64,000 bases of DNA. Source: Patescibacteria group bacterium. GTDB taxonomy: Bacteria; Patescibacteriota; Patescibacteriia; SG8-24. Position numbers and translations under genes: made by a program. The stretch's first letter is position 1; every line of letters begins with the position of its first letter. The notes beneath the pieces are model-generated. The model was not told the origin of the DNA. It did no database searches and saw only the letters and a list, made by a program, of their open reading frames with translations. The stretch is taken from the NCBI GenBank assembly GCA_028714475.1, contig JAQTNC010000001.1:86678-150677 (forward strand). Reading direction: 5' to 3'. This document shows, piece after piece, positions 40,984 to 50,422 of this stretch.

Positions 40984-41036
40984 CGAATCCTCATATACAA
41001 AAGCGCCTGTCCCCCCATGGTCAGACGCTGTTTTGG

Positions 41037-41495
41037 TCACCGTTCGGTGATGAGCCCGCGGAGTTTCAGTTCCGCGGTTGAAGGAGCGACGGCGAAAACG
41101 GATGCGCGCCTGAAAAAATCCATCAAGATGTCGACGGTTGGAATCAGGTGGCTCTGACTGGCGACACAAAGGCAAGTACAGCAGTCGCCTAGACGCATGC
41201 TCTCCTGGACGGCTTTCAATCCTGACAATTTCCGGCGGAGAACCCCCATGTTCTCTTGAGACAATCGCTGCGACAGGCGAATGCTCCAGCTGTCGAGATC
41301 GCGGCAAAAGACCGCGCACAAACCGTCACCGAGCAGAAGGATGCCATAGAAGCGCGGCAAGGGGCCCAGTTCCGGCGCGCCGACGTGCCGACGGTTGCGT
41401 AGCGAAAGATGAACGACATCGACACCCACTTCGGCCAACTCTGCCGCCGCAATCTTGGCGGCTTGGGAAGAATATAGGTCGTTCAATTTTTCCAT
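41037..41495 (-). CDS. hypothetical protein
   Basis: AAGAGAGG SD ~8 nt upstream of ATG 41495. Confidence 0.45.
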   Translation of the reverse strand: MEKLNDLYSSQAAKIAAAELAEVGVDVVHLSLRNRRHVGAPELGPLPRFYGILLLGDGLCAVFCRDLDSWSIRLSQRLSQENMGVLRRKLSGLKAVQESMRLGDCCTCLCVASQSHLIPTVDILMDFFRRASVFAVAPSTAELKLRGLITER

Positions 41496-41560
41496 CGAGT
41501 TGCCTCTCTTTCTTTTGTAGTATACTACAATAATTCCTGTCTTTTGTCAAGACTAAAAGG

Positions 41561-41600
41561 CAAACAAAAAGGTGCCCCCTCTTGGGGCGCCCGTTTTATT
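41561..41600. terminator. bidirectional terminator-like hairpin
   Basis: gtgcccc-ctctt-ggggcgc flanked by A-tract and TTTTATT. Confidence 0.5.
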
Positions 41601-41607
41601 AATCTCT

Positions 41608-42198
41608 TCATTTCTTCATCTTCAGTGGCCTCTTCATCAGCGGCACGTCCCCCTTGAGCAGCCAAACCTTGGGCAGGCATTTCAGGATGGCCTCAACGGC
41701 CAACTTGATGTTGAGGTGGTCGGTGTCGATGGTGGCGTCATAAACGCTCATGTCGTCAAAATCGATGCCGTAGGTCTTGCGGTAACGGATGACGTTCTCT
41801 CGGTCGCGGCGGCACAAGTCGGCGTAAGCCTTCTTGAAGGGAATCTTCTCCCGCCTGGCGATGCGCTCCGCGCGGACTTTGGCGCTCGCCGTCAGCCAGA
41901 TTTTCTTGGCCGCAATGTCAAAACCGAGGCAGGTCCAGGCGGCGAGACGGCCTTGCATCACGGCACCAGACGATTTCTTGACCATCGCCGCGACGCGGGC
42001 GTCAAATTCCCGCTCCAGGGCCTTATGCTTCCCGGCGTATACCCCGAAGGTGATGACGTCCATCCCGTGCTCGAGGCCCATCTTGCGGAAAATCTGGCCG
42101 CTGTCAACGGACTTAAGCCCCAGCCGCTTCGCGACAAGGTTGGCAACCGTGGACTTTCCGGAGCCGGACGGGCCGGCAATGACGATGACGCGTTTCAT
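41608..42198 (-). CDS. cmk: cytidylate kinase
   Basis: IAGPSGSGKST P-loop and CMP kinase core. Confidence 0.85.
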   Translation of the reverse strand: MKRVIVIAGPSGSGKSTVANLVAKRLGLKSVDSGQIFRKMGLEHGMDVITFGVYAGKHKALEREFDARVAAMVKKSSGAVMQGRLAAWTCLGFDIAAKKIWLTASAKVRAERIARREKIPFKKAYADLCRRDRENVIRYRKTYGIDFDDMSVYDATIDTDHLNIKLAVEAILKCLPKVWLLKGDVPLMKRPLKMKK

Positions 42199-42244
42199 AG
42201 GAGATTAGTATTATCTCCGGATTAGGAGACTGGCGCAAGGGGTG

Positions 42245-43711
42245 TCAACCCGTGAGCCCCCGAAAGAAATCCACAATGACCACCATGGCCTCGGTGTCGC
42301 GGGCGCAGTAGGCCAACATGTCCTTACGCAATTGGGCTTTCTCGCGCTTCGGCAGGTCCGGCGAGCACAGCTTCGGCCACATGGCCATGGCCGTGCCGCC
42401 CTCGTGGATTTCCAAGTCATCATAGGCCTTTTCCGGCGCGATGACCGGCAGGACGGCCTTGAGCGAGGCGCTGTTGCCGAACCGCGCGTCGTAGTAGTCA
42501 CCGCTTCGGACGATGGTGATGGGGTCGTAAAGGCGCGCGTTCACCCGCTCGAAGAAGCGGGCGTGTTTCGGCACGCGCTTGGCGACCAACTCGTTACAGC
42601 CGCGCTCGAACGAGGCGTTCCAGGCGACGACACTGCCTTTCGGCCCGATCTCCTTGGACAGCTGGGCCGCGAGCGCCGTCGCCGGATCGCCCCACTCGTC
42701 CGCCAAGAATTCGTAATGCTTCAGCTTGCCGCCGGGCTTGGCCTGGACATGCAGGGAATACTGGAACGGCAGGTATTGATACGGCCGATAACCATCAAAC
42801 GGCGGCAGTGCCGAGGCGTACGCCTCGTAGTCGAGATAATGGACAGGATATTCCAAGGGCTTCAGTTGCTCGGCAATCCCCTCGCGGATGACGCGCGGCT
42901 GGCCGCTCCGCACGGCCTCCCAATGCCAGTGGTCGCGCTTGTCGACGAGCATCTCGTCCGGCACGTCGGCGAGGCGAACGATGTCGCGATCGAGCAAATC
43001 GTTGAGCTGATCGGCCTTGAGCCTCGTCTCGTAAATGGATCGGTTCGGCACGTCGCGCCAGCAATACGGGATAAGCGGGCAATCGTACGGGTCGGAGCAT
43101 TGCTTGAGGATGCGCACGGCCGGCTCTTCCTTCGAAGCCAGCGTCTGGCGAGCGGCCGCGACGCCACGCCGCACCTGGCTCTCCAAAGCCACGACCTCGA
43201 TGGTCACGTCCTCGGCCACGAGCAGCTTGCCCGGTTCGATCTCGCCCTGCCGAACGTATTCGTTATTGATGTGCGTGACGTAACAGCGGCCGATTTTGAA
43301 GCCAGCCGATTCAATGACGTGTTTCTGGAACGCCAAATCCAGGGTATGAATTTCCTTCACCTGCGTTGAGCTCTTGATTTCGCAGATGTCCCAACGTCCG
43401 CCGGCGGCGCGGACCAGCACGTCCGAGCGCGCGTACAGGTCATCAACCAGGAACGCCGGCTGATAGAGAACGCGAGCGGACGTCGCCATGAGCGCAGCCG
43501 TGCGTTTCGGCCCATCAAAGAATTTTTCCCCCGAGCAGTCAACGTGTTCGGGAAACAGCTTGAGCGCCTCGCTTTCGACCAACGCACCGTCGGCAAACCG
43601 CCGCTCGGCATCCGCATCCAGCTCGGTTGGCAGCAAATCCTTGCGGTTCTTTTCGAGCCACAGATACTTGGCGCACTGGTCAAAATGAAGGTAATTGGAC
43701 TTGGTTATCAT
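42245..43711 (-). CDS. DUF2779 family protein (N-terminal RecB/Cas4-like PD-(D/E)xK nuclease, C-terminal RNase H-like exonuclease)
   Basis: N-terminus ITKSNYLHFDQCAKYLWLEKN matches the DUF2779 SKSxYxxGxQCxKxLWL signature; Cys cluster DPYDCPLIPYCW; ~490 aa. Confidence 0.65.
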   Translation of the reverse strand: MITKSNYLHFDQCAKYLWLEKNRKDLLPTELDADAERRFADGALVESEALKLFPEHVDCSGEKFFDGPKRTAALMATSARVLYQPAFLVDDLYARSDVLVRAAGGRWDICEIKSSTQVKEIHTLDLAFQKHVIESAGFKIGRCYVTHINNEYVRQGEIEPGKLLVAEDVTIEVVALESQVRRGVAAARQTLASKEEPAVRILKQCSDPYDCPLIPYCWRDVPNRSIYETRLKADQLNDLLDRDIVRLADVPDEMLVDKRDHWHWEAVRSGQPRVIREGIAEQLKPLEYPVHYLDYEAYASALPPFDGYRPYQYLPFQYSLHVQAKPGGKLKHYEFLADEWGDPATALAAQLSKEIGPKGSVVAWNASFERGCNELVAKRVPKHARFFERVNARLYDPITIVRSGDYYDARFGNSASLKAVLPVIAPEKAYDDLEIHEGGTAMAMWPKLCSPDLPKREKAQLRKDMLAYCARDTEAMVVIVDFFRGLTG

Positions 43712-43799
43712 GGGGTGATTCTATCAGCCGCCCCACAAGAACGCCATCTTCGTTGGGACGACGCCGAACTGGACGCGGCTTGCCAGGCGAGACGGTCTT

Positions 43800-44585
43800 T
43801 CAGCTCGATATCGCGCGTCGCCACATCACGTCATAGACGCTTCTCATCATCGCCGTGATGTAATTATCCTCTATCTGGATGGCCATCGGCGCGTTCGGCT
43901 GCCAGAGGATGGTCTTGTTGGCGTACACCATGATGAGGGTGCTGAACGGCTCCATGTCGCGCAGAATCCGCGTCTCACGCAGTTCCTTGGCGTCCGCCGT
44001 TGCCAGCGTGTTTGTGTCGCCGCTCGGAAAAAGCAAGGCGCGCAAGTGCACGTTCAGGCGAACGCGGGCGTCGATCCAACGGCGTTCCTCCGCCCATGAG
44101 ACGAAGGCGATGAAATCCTGCGCCGAACCCATCACTAGAATCTCCTTGTTCGCCGCCTCCTCCACGCATTGGAAGAAGACCTTCAGGAACTGCTCCTTGC
44201 CCTGCAAGATGCGGACGGACGCGGGCAGCGAACCCTGCTGGTAGGCCGCGAGCAGGTCGGGCATGGCCCAAGCCAAGTGCTTGTCGGCTTCGGCCACGGC
44301 TTCCTGGTGCTTGCGCAAGAGTTCCTGCAATTTTGACGGCGGCTCCACGATAAACGTCCGCGCAAAACGCTTGCGGCTGGAGAAGTTCGCCAAGCCGCGC
44401 TTCTCCAGTTCAGAGATTATCTTATAGGCCTGCGGCCGCGAAATCCCGATTTGGGAAGCCAACACGGCAATCGAGGTCGGACCGAGTTTCAGCGACAGGC
44501 AATAAAGCAGGGTTTCCTGCCTCGATGCGCCGAGCTTGCGCAGGGAATCTGTCACGACTTCGTTCAATTCGTCTTGGCTAATCAT
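43800..44585 (-). CDS. TrmB-like winged-helix transcriptional regulator
   Basis: N-terminal HTH (LLYCLSLKLGPTSIAVLASQIGISRPQAYKIISELEKRGL) plus C-terminal domain; TATAAT ~8 nt before ATG suggests a leaderless mRNA. Confidence 0.65.
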   Translation of the reverse strand: MISQDELNEVVTDSLRKLGASRQETLLYCLSLKLGPTSIAVLASQIGISRPQAYKIISELEKRGLANFSSRKRFARTFIVEPPSKLQELLRKHQEAVAEADKHLAWAMPDLLAAYQQGSLPASVRILQGKEQFLKVFFQCVEEAANKEILVMGSAQDFIAFVSWAEERRWIDARVRLNVHLRALLFPSGDTNTLATADAKELRETRILRDMEPFSTLIMVYANKTILWQPNAPMAIQIEDNYITAMMRSVYDVMWRRAISS

Positions 44586-44627
44586 AGGTGAGATTATAAA
44601 AATAGTGTAGCAAATTTTTTACAATGT

Positions 44628-44688
44628 GTCAAAACTTGACTAGTTTAAGCCTAAAATGATTGACAATAATGTTATTTTATGCTATCAT
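44628..44688 (+). promoter_or_regulatory. AT-rich divergent control region: palindrome GTCAAAACTTGAC (candidate operator) plus promoter TTGACA-17-TATCAT
   Basis: seen in sequence; local AT content far above the genome background. Confidence 0.45.
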
Positions 44689-44717
44689 CTTCAGTTAATG
44701 ATTCACGTCTTCAATTT

Positions 44718-46172
44718 ATGGAACCCAAGAAATTCAAGAAACTCGTCATCCTCGATTCCGTCATCTTCTACCCCGAGCACCGCGAGGTTCTCAACCGCCT
44801 CGCCGAAGAGATCGTGGAGTACCCCTCAAGCCTGCCGGAACAGCTGGAGCGGCAGATGACGGAATCACCGGAACTGTTCAAGGAAAAACGATGCTATACG
44901 CAATTGGGTGCCGACAATACCCCGCTCCACCTCCTCATGAACCGAATCGAAGGCGCGGACGTCGTCGTCAGCTGCTGGACGAACATCCCGGATGAGATCC
45001 TGCGGCTGAACCCGCAACTGAAGCTGGTTGTCTTTTGGACCCACGAAAAGGAACACCGCATCAACATGGGTCTGGCGGAAGAACTGGGCATCACGGTGAC
45101 GAACATCCCGGATTACGGAACGGACGCCGTGGCCGAAGTCGTCTTCGCCGGCCTGCTGGAACTCCATTACCGGAACAGGCCGTTCGCCGCCGGGGAGCCT
45201 GACGGCGAAGCGATGGCTTACGCCGTCCTGCACCGGCTGTTTCGCGATTACCGGAAGCTGCCGGCGAACGAGAAGGACACACGCGCGGGCAAATTCACCC
45301 ACCATTTCCATAAGTTGGGGATGATTGACTTCAACGACCTCGACGAGAAGAGGCTGTCGAGTCTCATCCCAGAACGGCTCATCGAAGGCCGACGGGTTGG
45401 AATACTCGGCCTCCAGCAGGCCGAAGTGGTGATGCGGGTCTTGAGTGCCTTCGGCGTCGCCTGCGAGACCTGGACGCCAGGCGATTCCAGTTCAGCGGAA
45501 TTCTACAAGTTCATGAGCGGAAACGAGGTGGTATTCTGCGACAGCACCCGCCTCACGGAAACGGAGAGGCTCAAGGCTCAACACCTGAAAGGCCGTCTCC
45601 TTGTTGACGTCAATTCGCTGCGGGCAGTCCCCATACCCGTCAGCGGAAGTACGTTCGGCGTGGTCGGTCTCGGACGAATCGGCACCCGCGTCGCATTGAT
45701 TGCCAAGAAGCTCGGGTATCGCGTCATTTACCACTCTCGGACCAGGAAACCGGAAATCGAAACGCGTTTCGGGCTGGAGTACGCGTCCCTGCGCGAGCTC
45801 GCGGAAAACGCGGACATCGTTTCCGTGCATGTCCCTGCTCACAAGGCGGACGGCTTCATCGATGCGGAGCTGATCGGCCGGCTGAAAACGGGCGGCATCT
45901 TCATCAACACGGCGGACGGCAACGCGGTTGACCAACCGGCGCTGACGCAAAGGATGCGAACCGGATCAACGCTGGCGTTCCTAGACGTTTATCCGGGGCT
46001 TCCGCGCAAGGACATCCTCGGCCTTGAGATGGAAGACAAATCGGCCTGGAAAATCAAGAGCGATCTGCCTAACCACGTGTTTGGCTACCGATCAGGATGG
46101 AAAACGCGAGAATCCATCCGCGTGAAGACCTATAAATTGCTCGGCACATTAACGGAAAAACTGTATGCATGA
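44718..46172 (+). CDS. D-isomer-specific 2-hydroxyacid dehydrogenase family protein with ~150-aa insertion and a second degenerate NAD-binding-like segment
   Basis: GVVGLGRIGTRVA NAD motif; catalytic-domain N-terminus; 484 aa. Confidence 0.65.
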   Translation: MEPKKFKKLVILDSVIFYPEHREVLNRLAEEIVEYPSSLPEQLERQMTESPELFKEKRCYTQLGADNTPLHLLMNRIEGADVVVSCWTNIPDEILRLNPQLKLVVFWTHEKEHRINMGLAEELGITVTNIPDYGTDAVAEVVFAGLLELHYRNRPFAAGEPDGEAMAYAVLHRLFRDYRKLPANEKDTRAGKFTHHFHKLGMIDFNDLDEKRLSSLIPERLIEGRRVGILGLQQAEVVMRVLSAFGVACETWTPGDSSSAEFYKFMSGNEVVFCDSTRLTETERLKAQHLKGRLLVDVNSLRAVPIPVSGSTFGVVGLGRIGTRVALIAKKLGYRVIYHSRTRKPEIETRFGLEYASLRELAENADIVSVHVPAHKADGFIDAELIGRLKTGGIFINTADGNAVDQPALTQRMRTGSTLAFLDVYPGLPRKDILGLEMEDKSAWKIKSDLPNHVFGYRSGWKTRESIRVKTYKLLGTLTEKLYA

Positions 46173-46185
46173 GAAGGAGAAGTCA

Positions 46186-47682
46186 GTGAAGACGACGTTC
46201 AACCGGCTGAAAGGCTATTACGACCGGACGTGGGATCCGGCTGAGCACACGCTCCATGTCGGGCTGTTCAGCCGGACGACCCGCACCTTGGAAAAGGCCT
46301 ATGCGGCCGCGACGGATGACCTGATTCGGCGGGTCAATGCCCTGCGGCCGCTTGATGCCGAGTCGTCCGTATTGGACGTTGGCTGTGGAGCCGGCCGAAC
46401 GCTGATTTCGATCTGCGAACGTTTCGGCGCGAGAGGCGTCGGCATCGACATCAGCGAGGAGCAGGTGAAGGATGCCCGGCATCATCTTGCCCAGGTGAAC
46501 AAGGCGCGGGCAAAGGCCGACCACGCTCCTTTACGCGTGACCTTCGTATGCGGCACGGCGAGCGATTTAGGGTCGGCGGGGTTGGAAGGGCAACGTTTCT
46601 CACACGTCATCAGCCAGGACGCAATCTTGCTGGTACTGGACAAACAGGCGTTGTTCAATTCGTTATTCCAACTGATGGAACCGGGCGGTGTCCTCGGCAT
46701 CGCTGATTTCCTGGAGCAAGGCGGCGCAGGGTCTGTTAAAGAAAGGAAGCTCGTCTATGACCTCGTCCATTGGGAAAAAGGTCTGTCGTTCGGGATGTAT
46801 CGGCGCTTGCTGAAGCAGACCGGATTCGCCGTCGTGACCGCAAGACGCCGGGATGCGCACATGATCAGGACCTACGAGGCGTTGGCCAAGCAGATGGACG
46901 AGCGGCTGATGTCAAAAGACGGCACTTACCGGGAATTGCGAAATCGCTACCTGCAGATCGTGTCCTCGGTCAGGGCCGGAAAGATGGGCTGGGGGCTATT
47001 CCTGTCCCGGAAAAACCCGACGAAGACCGTCCTGATTGCCGGAACCAAACGAAAATCCATCGGAAGATACGTCGGCAAGGAACTGCAGCGCCGAGGTTGG
47101 GATGTCTGGCTTTACAGCCGTCATGCGAAATACGTGGAGCGGCCCGATTGGCACGAGAGGCCGTGCGACATAACATCTGATGCGCAAATCACCCGGCTCC
47201 TCAAGGAAATGCCGCCGGTTAACCTCTCCCTATTCATGGCGGACACGGGCGGCCACTTCCTACTGGAAGAAATGAATGAAGACAACACGAGAGCCTTGTT
47301 GGACGCCAAGCTGGTCGGTTCGGTTTTACTGACCAAGGCGCTCCTGAAAAAGCGTCCGCGCGGCTCCAAGACAAAACTTGTTTGGTGCGCTGGCAAGACA
47401 TCCGGGAAGAATAAACGGCTGATGCTTTACAGCGTCGTCAATTCCGGCCTCGCGTCATTCGTTGAAGCGCTGAACGAACATCGTGGGGATGAGGTCGAGG
47501 CCTATTACCTGATGACGCCGCTCATCTCGCCTTCAACGCTCGGCGACGCCTATATCGCGGAGGTTGGTTCGGCGGCGCGTCGGCAGGCCTACCATCCAAG
47601 TACGATTATGAAAAAAATCGACACCATCATCGGAGGTCGGGTGACGACCGGAATCGTTGGGTCAAAAGAAAAAATTATTTGA
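46186..47682 (+). CDS. fusion protein: class I SAM-dependent methyltransferase (N) plus SDR-like Rossmann domain (C)
   Basis: VLDVGCGAGR SAM motif; TVLIAGTKRKSIGRYVG Rossmann motif; GTG 46186 preceded by GAGAAGGAGAAG (alternative ATG 46165 overlaps the upstream stop). Confidence 0.65.
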   Translation: MKTTFNRLKGYYDRTWDPAEHTLHVGLFSRTTRTLEKAYAAATDDLIRRVNALRPLDAESSVLDVGCGAGRTLISICERFGARGVGIDISEEQVKDARHHLAQVNKARAKADHAPLRVTFVCGTASDLGSAGLEGQRFSHVISQDAILLVLDKQALFNSLFQLMEPGGVLGIADFLEQGGAGSVKERKLVYDLVHWEKGLSFGMYRRLLKQTGFAVVTARRRDAHMIRTYEALAKQMDERLMSKDGTYRELRNRYLQIVSSVRAGKMGWGLFLSRKNPTKTVLIAGTKRKSIGRYVGKELQRRGWDVWLYSRHAKYVERPDWHERPCDITSDAQITRLLKEMPPVNLSLFMADTGGHFLLEEMNEDNTRALLDAKLVGSVLLTKALLKKRPRGSKTKLVWCAGKTSGKNKRLMLYSVVNSGLASFVEALNEHRGDEVEAYYLMTPLISPSTLGDAYIAEVGSAARRQAYHPSTIMKKIDTIIGGRVTTGIVGSKEKII

Positions 47683-47875
47683 GGGGCACTTTCAAAAAAG
47701 CCTGGGGTGGCTTGGTTAAGCCAACTGGTGATTCTGGTTCTAACGTCCTCAATCTTGCCGCCGGGCATTGACGAAACCCTTCCTCTGGGCGTCTTCAGTG
47801 ATACAATGGGGCAAAGATATTTGGCGACTAGCCCAGCCAATCGGCCCTACAAACTACAAACCACAAACTGACCCT

Positions 47876-49558
47876 ATGCCCTTCTCCCCCGAGGAACGCG
47901 CCCTCCTGGAACCCTACGTCACCGACTGCGAACGCGATGTTTTCGCCGTGCGCAACCTGAACGGCATCGTCGGCGCGGTCTACGCGCGCTACAGCCGCGC
48001 GGCCACCGGCTTCCGCGAGACCCTGCTCAAGGAATTCGTCGAGGCCGGCGAGCTCGACATGAGCAAGGCGCAGGATCTCATCGAGCGCGTGCTCATCGCC
48101 TTCGGCGACGATTCGATCGGCGAACTCGAAGGGGCGCACGTCTCCTTCGAGAACATCTCCATCCTCGCGACCAAGGAAATCGAGGACCGGCGCATCGGCG
48201 GCTCACCCATCGAGAAATCCACGCGCTACGTCATTTATGACCAGCCGGGGCCGGACGGGTACTTCCGCTATTACCGCGACCCGGCCGTGGCCGCCTCGCC
48301 GCTCGGCGCTAAGTATGACGAGACGATGGGCTTCATCTTCCGCACCTACGCCGAACTCGTGGAGCCGATGCAGGACTATTACCGCGGGCTCAAGCCGATG
48401 GAGGAAGCAGAGTACGACATCAACGGCGACGGCGTCAAGGAACGCCTGACTGACTGTGAAAAGGAAGCCGACCAGAAGGCCTTCCGCCGCACCTACCAGA
48501 ACGACATCCGCACCAAGGCCTGCGACGCCTTGCGCTATCTCCTGCCCGTCGCCACGCTGACCAACGTCGGTGTCTTCGGCAACGGCCGCTTCTTCCAGAA
48601 CGTGCTCACCCACTGCTATACGAGCGCCCTGCCGGAAGCCCAGCGCCTCGCCGAGGCGACGCACGAGGAGCTGAACAAAATCATCCCGCGCTACGTGAAG
48701 CGCGCGGCCAAGCAGGAATACAATGCCGCCAACCATGAACGCATGCGCCGTTTCACCGCCGCCCTGCTCGCGGGAACCAAACCGGAGACATCCGATGAGG
48801 TTGAACTAATCGACCGCGGCGAGGCCGCCATCGCGGAACGGCTGTCCCAAGGACCGGTGGACGTTGCCGCCGTGCGCGCCGCGCTCCAAGGCGAGGACGA
48901 CGCACTGCTCATCGCGGCCATGCTCTTCCCGTATGCCGAACATCCGCTGGGACAGCTGCACCGTTTCGTGAGCGGCCTCGCGCCGGAACAGCGCCAGGTC
49001 ATCGTGGACAACTTCATCGGCGAACGCCGCAACCGCCGTGACCGCCCGGGGCGGCCGATGGAAACCGGCTACCCGTGGACGTTCGACATGCTCACCGACT
49101 TCGGCACTTACAAGGATTTGATGCGGCACCGCGTCACCACCCAGCTCCGCCAGAAATTCACGCCCAAGCTCGGCTTCGCCGTGCCGCCTGATCTTGAGGC
49201 AGCCGGTTTCGCCCACCGCGCGCTCGAATGCCGCGACCGCGCCGCCGAGCTCTACGACGCGCTCCTGCCGGAATTCCCCGAACAGGCCAGTTACGCCACG
49301 CTCCACGGTTCGCTCGTCCGCTGGGTCATCGGCTTCAACGACCGCGAGGCCGTCCACCTCATCGAGTTGCGCACCACGCCCCAGGGCCACCCGTCCTACC
49401 GGAAAGTCGCCCAACTGCTCCACCGAGCCATGGCCGCCCGGTCGCCGTGGCGCGCCGCCATCCTCAAGTTCGTCGACCACAACGATTACTTCTGGAGCCG
49501 CGCCGATTCCGAAGCCCGCCAGCGGGCCCAGGAACGCGCGCTTGACGAGAAAAAATGA
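47876..49558 (+). CDS. thyX: FAD-dependent thymidylate synthase ThyX, long tandem-domain form
   Basis: RHR...S ThyX signature region (LMRHRVTTQLRQ), ThyX-like segments in both halves, 560 aa. Confidence 0.7.
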   Translation: MPFSPEERALLEPYVTDCERDVFAVRNLNGIVGAVYARYSRAATGFRETLLKEFVEAGELDMSKAQDLIERVLIAFGDDSIGELEGAHVSFENISILATKEIEDRRIGGSPIEKSTRYVIYDQPGPDGYFRYYRDPAVAASPLGAKYDETMGFIFRTYAELVEPMQDYYRGLKPMEEAEYDINGDGVKERLTDCEKEADQKAFRRTYQNDIRTKACDALRYLLPVATLTNVGVFGNGRFFQNVLTHCYTSALPEAQRLAEATHEELNKIIPRYVKRAAKQEYNAANHERMRRFTAALLAGTKPETSDEVELIDRGEAAIAERLSQGPVDVAAVRAALQGEDDALLIAAMLFPYAEHPLGQLHRFVSGLAPEQRQVIVDNFIGERRNRRDRPGRPMETGYPWTFDMLTDFGTYKDLMRHRVTTQLRQKFTPKLGFAVPPDLEAAGFAHRALECRDRAAELYDALLPEFPEQASYATLHGSLVRWVIGFNDREAVHLIELRTTPQGHPSYRKVAQLLHRAMAARSPWRAAILKFVDHNDYFWSRADSEARQRAQERALDEKK

Positions 49559-49559
49559 T

Positions 49560-50237
49560 ATGCCGACCAAGGGAAAATTTTTCGTCATCGACGGCACCGA
49601 CGGATCGGGCAAGAAGACGCAGACCGAATTGATGGTGGAAAAACTGCGCGCCTCCGGCCGCCGCGTCGAGACCGTCAGCTTTCCGCGATACGGCAAGCAG
49701 AGTTGTTCCGCGGTCAGCGACTACTTGAGCGGCCGTTTCGGCGCGGCGCACGAAGTCGATCCCAAAGTCGCCTCGATGTTCTACGCCATGGACCGCTACG
49801 ACGCCAGTCCGCAGATCCGCGCCTGGCTCGATGAAGGCGCCATCGTCATTGCCGACCGTTACGTCAGCTCCAACATGGGCCACCAGTGCGGCAAGATCGG
49901 CGACCCCGAAGGACGCGAGGCCTGCATCCGCTGGAACAAGGAGTTGGAATATGGCCTGTTAAACCTCCCCCGCCCCGACCTCACCGTCATCCTGCACGTG
50001 CCGGCGGAAATCTACCTGCGTCTGCTCAAGGAACGCGACGGCGAGCATCAGGACATCCACCAGGCCGACCCCGAACACCTGAAGAATGCCGAAGAAACCT
50101 ACCTGGAAATCGCCAAGAGCGATGCCCAGTACCGCCTCGTCGAGTGCGCGCCGGAAGGCGTTCTCCTTAGCCGCGAGGCCATCCACGAGCTTGTCTGGCA
50201 GGAGGTCGAAAAAACGTTGACACAGGCTGACGGGTAA
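49560..50237 (+). CDS. tmk: thymidylate kinase (copy 1)
   Basis: FFVIDGTDGSGKKTQ P-loop, DRY motif; start 1 nt after the thyX stop. Confidence 0.9.
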   Translation: MPTKGKFFVIDGTDGSGKKTQTELMVEKLRASGRRVETVSFPRYGKQSCSAVSDYLSGRFGAAHEVDPKVASMFYAMDRYDASPQIRAWLDEGAIVIADRYVSSNMGHQCGKIGDPEGREACIRWNKELEYGLLNLPRPDLTVILHVPAEIYLRLLKERDGEHQDIHQADPEHLKNAEETYLEIAKSDAQYRLVECAPEGVLLSREAIHELVWQEVEKTLTQADG

Positions 50238-50270
50238 GCCGAAGCCAGGCCGGAAAGCACAATAAAATAT

Positions 50271-50333
50271 GCCCTGAGCCTGTCGAAGGGCGTATTTTTT
50301 GCATTCCCTTCGACTTCGCTCAGGGAATATAAG
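50271..50333. repeat. family 1 palindromic repeat, copy G (arms in swapped order)
   Basis: gccctgagcctgtcgaaggg...cccttcgacttcgctcaggg. Confidence 0.7.
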
Positions 50334-50422
50334 ACATCAATACTTATCCACAGTTTTTCCTTTGTCTTTACCTCGCCCGGCCAGTAAAATTTTGGCACAA
50401 ACAAACAGCCGGGAGACAAAAG

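Noticed and set aside
40447-41319. 290-aa minus-strand ORF
   Set aside because: Antisense to dut; replaced by the shorter SD-bearing 41037..41495 gene in another frame.
42242-43369. 375-aa plus-strand ORF
   Set aside because: Antisense to the DUF2779 gene.
49194-49559. N-terminal 122-aa extension of the tmk ORF
   Set aside because: It overlaps the thyX 3' end in another frame and is Arg/Pro-rich. The true tmk start is ATG 49560 at the conserved FFVIDG P-loop.
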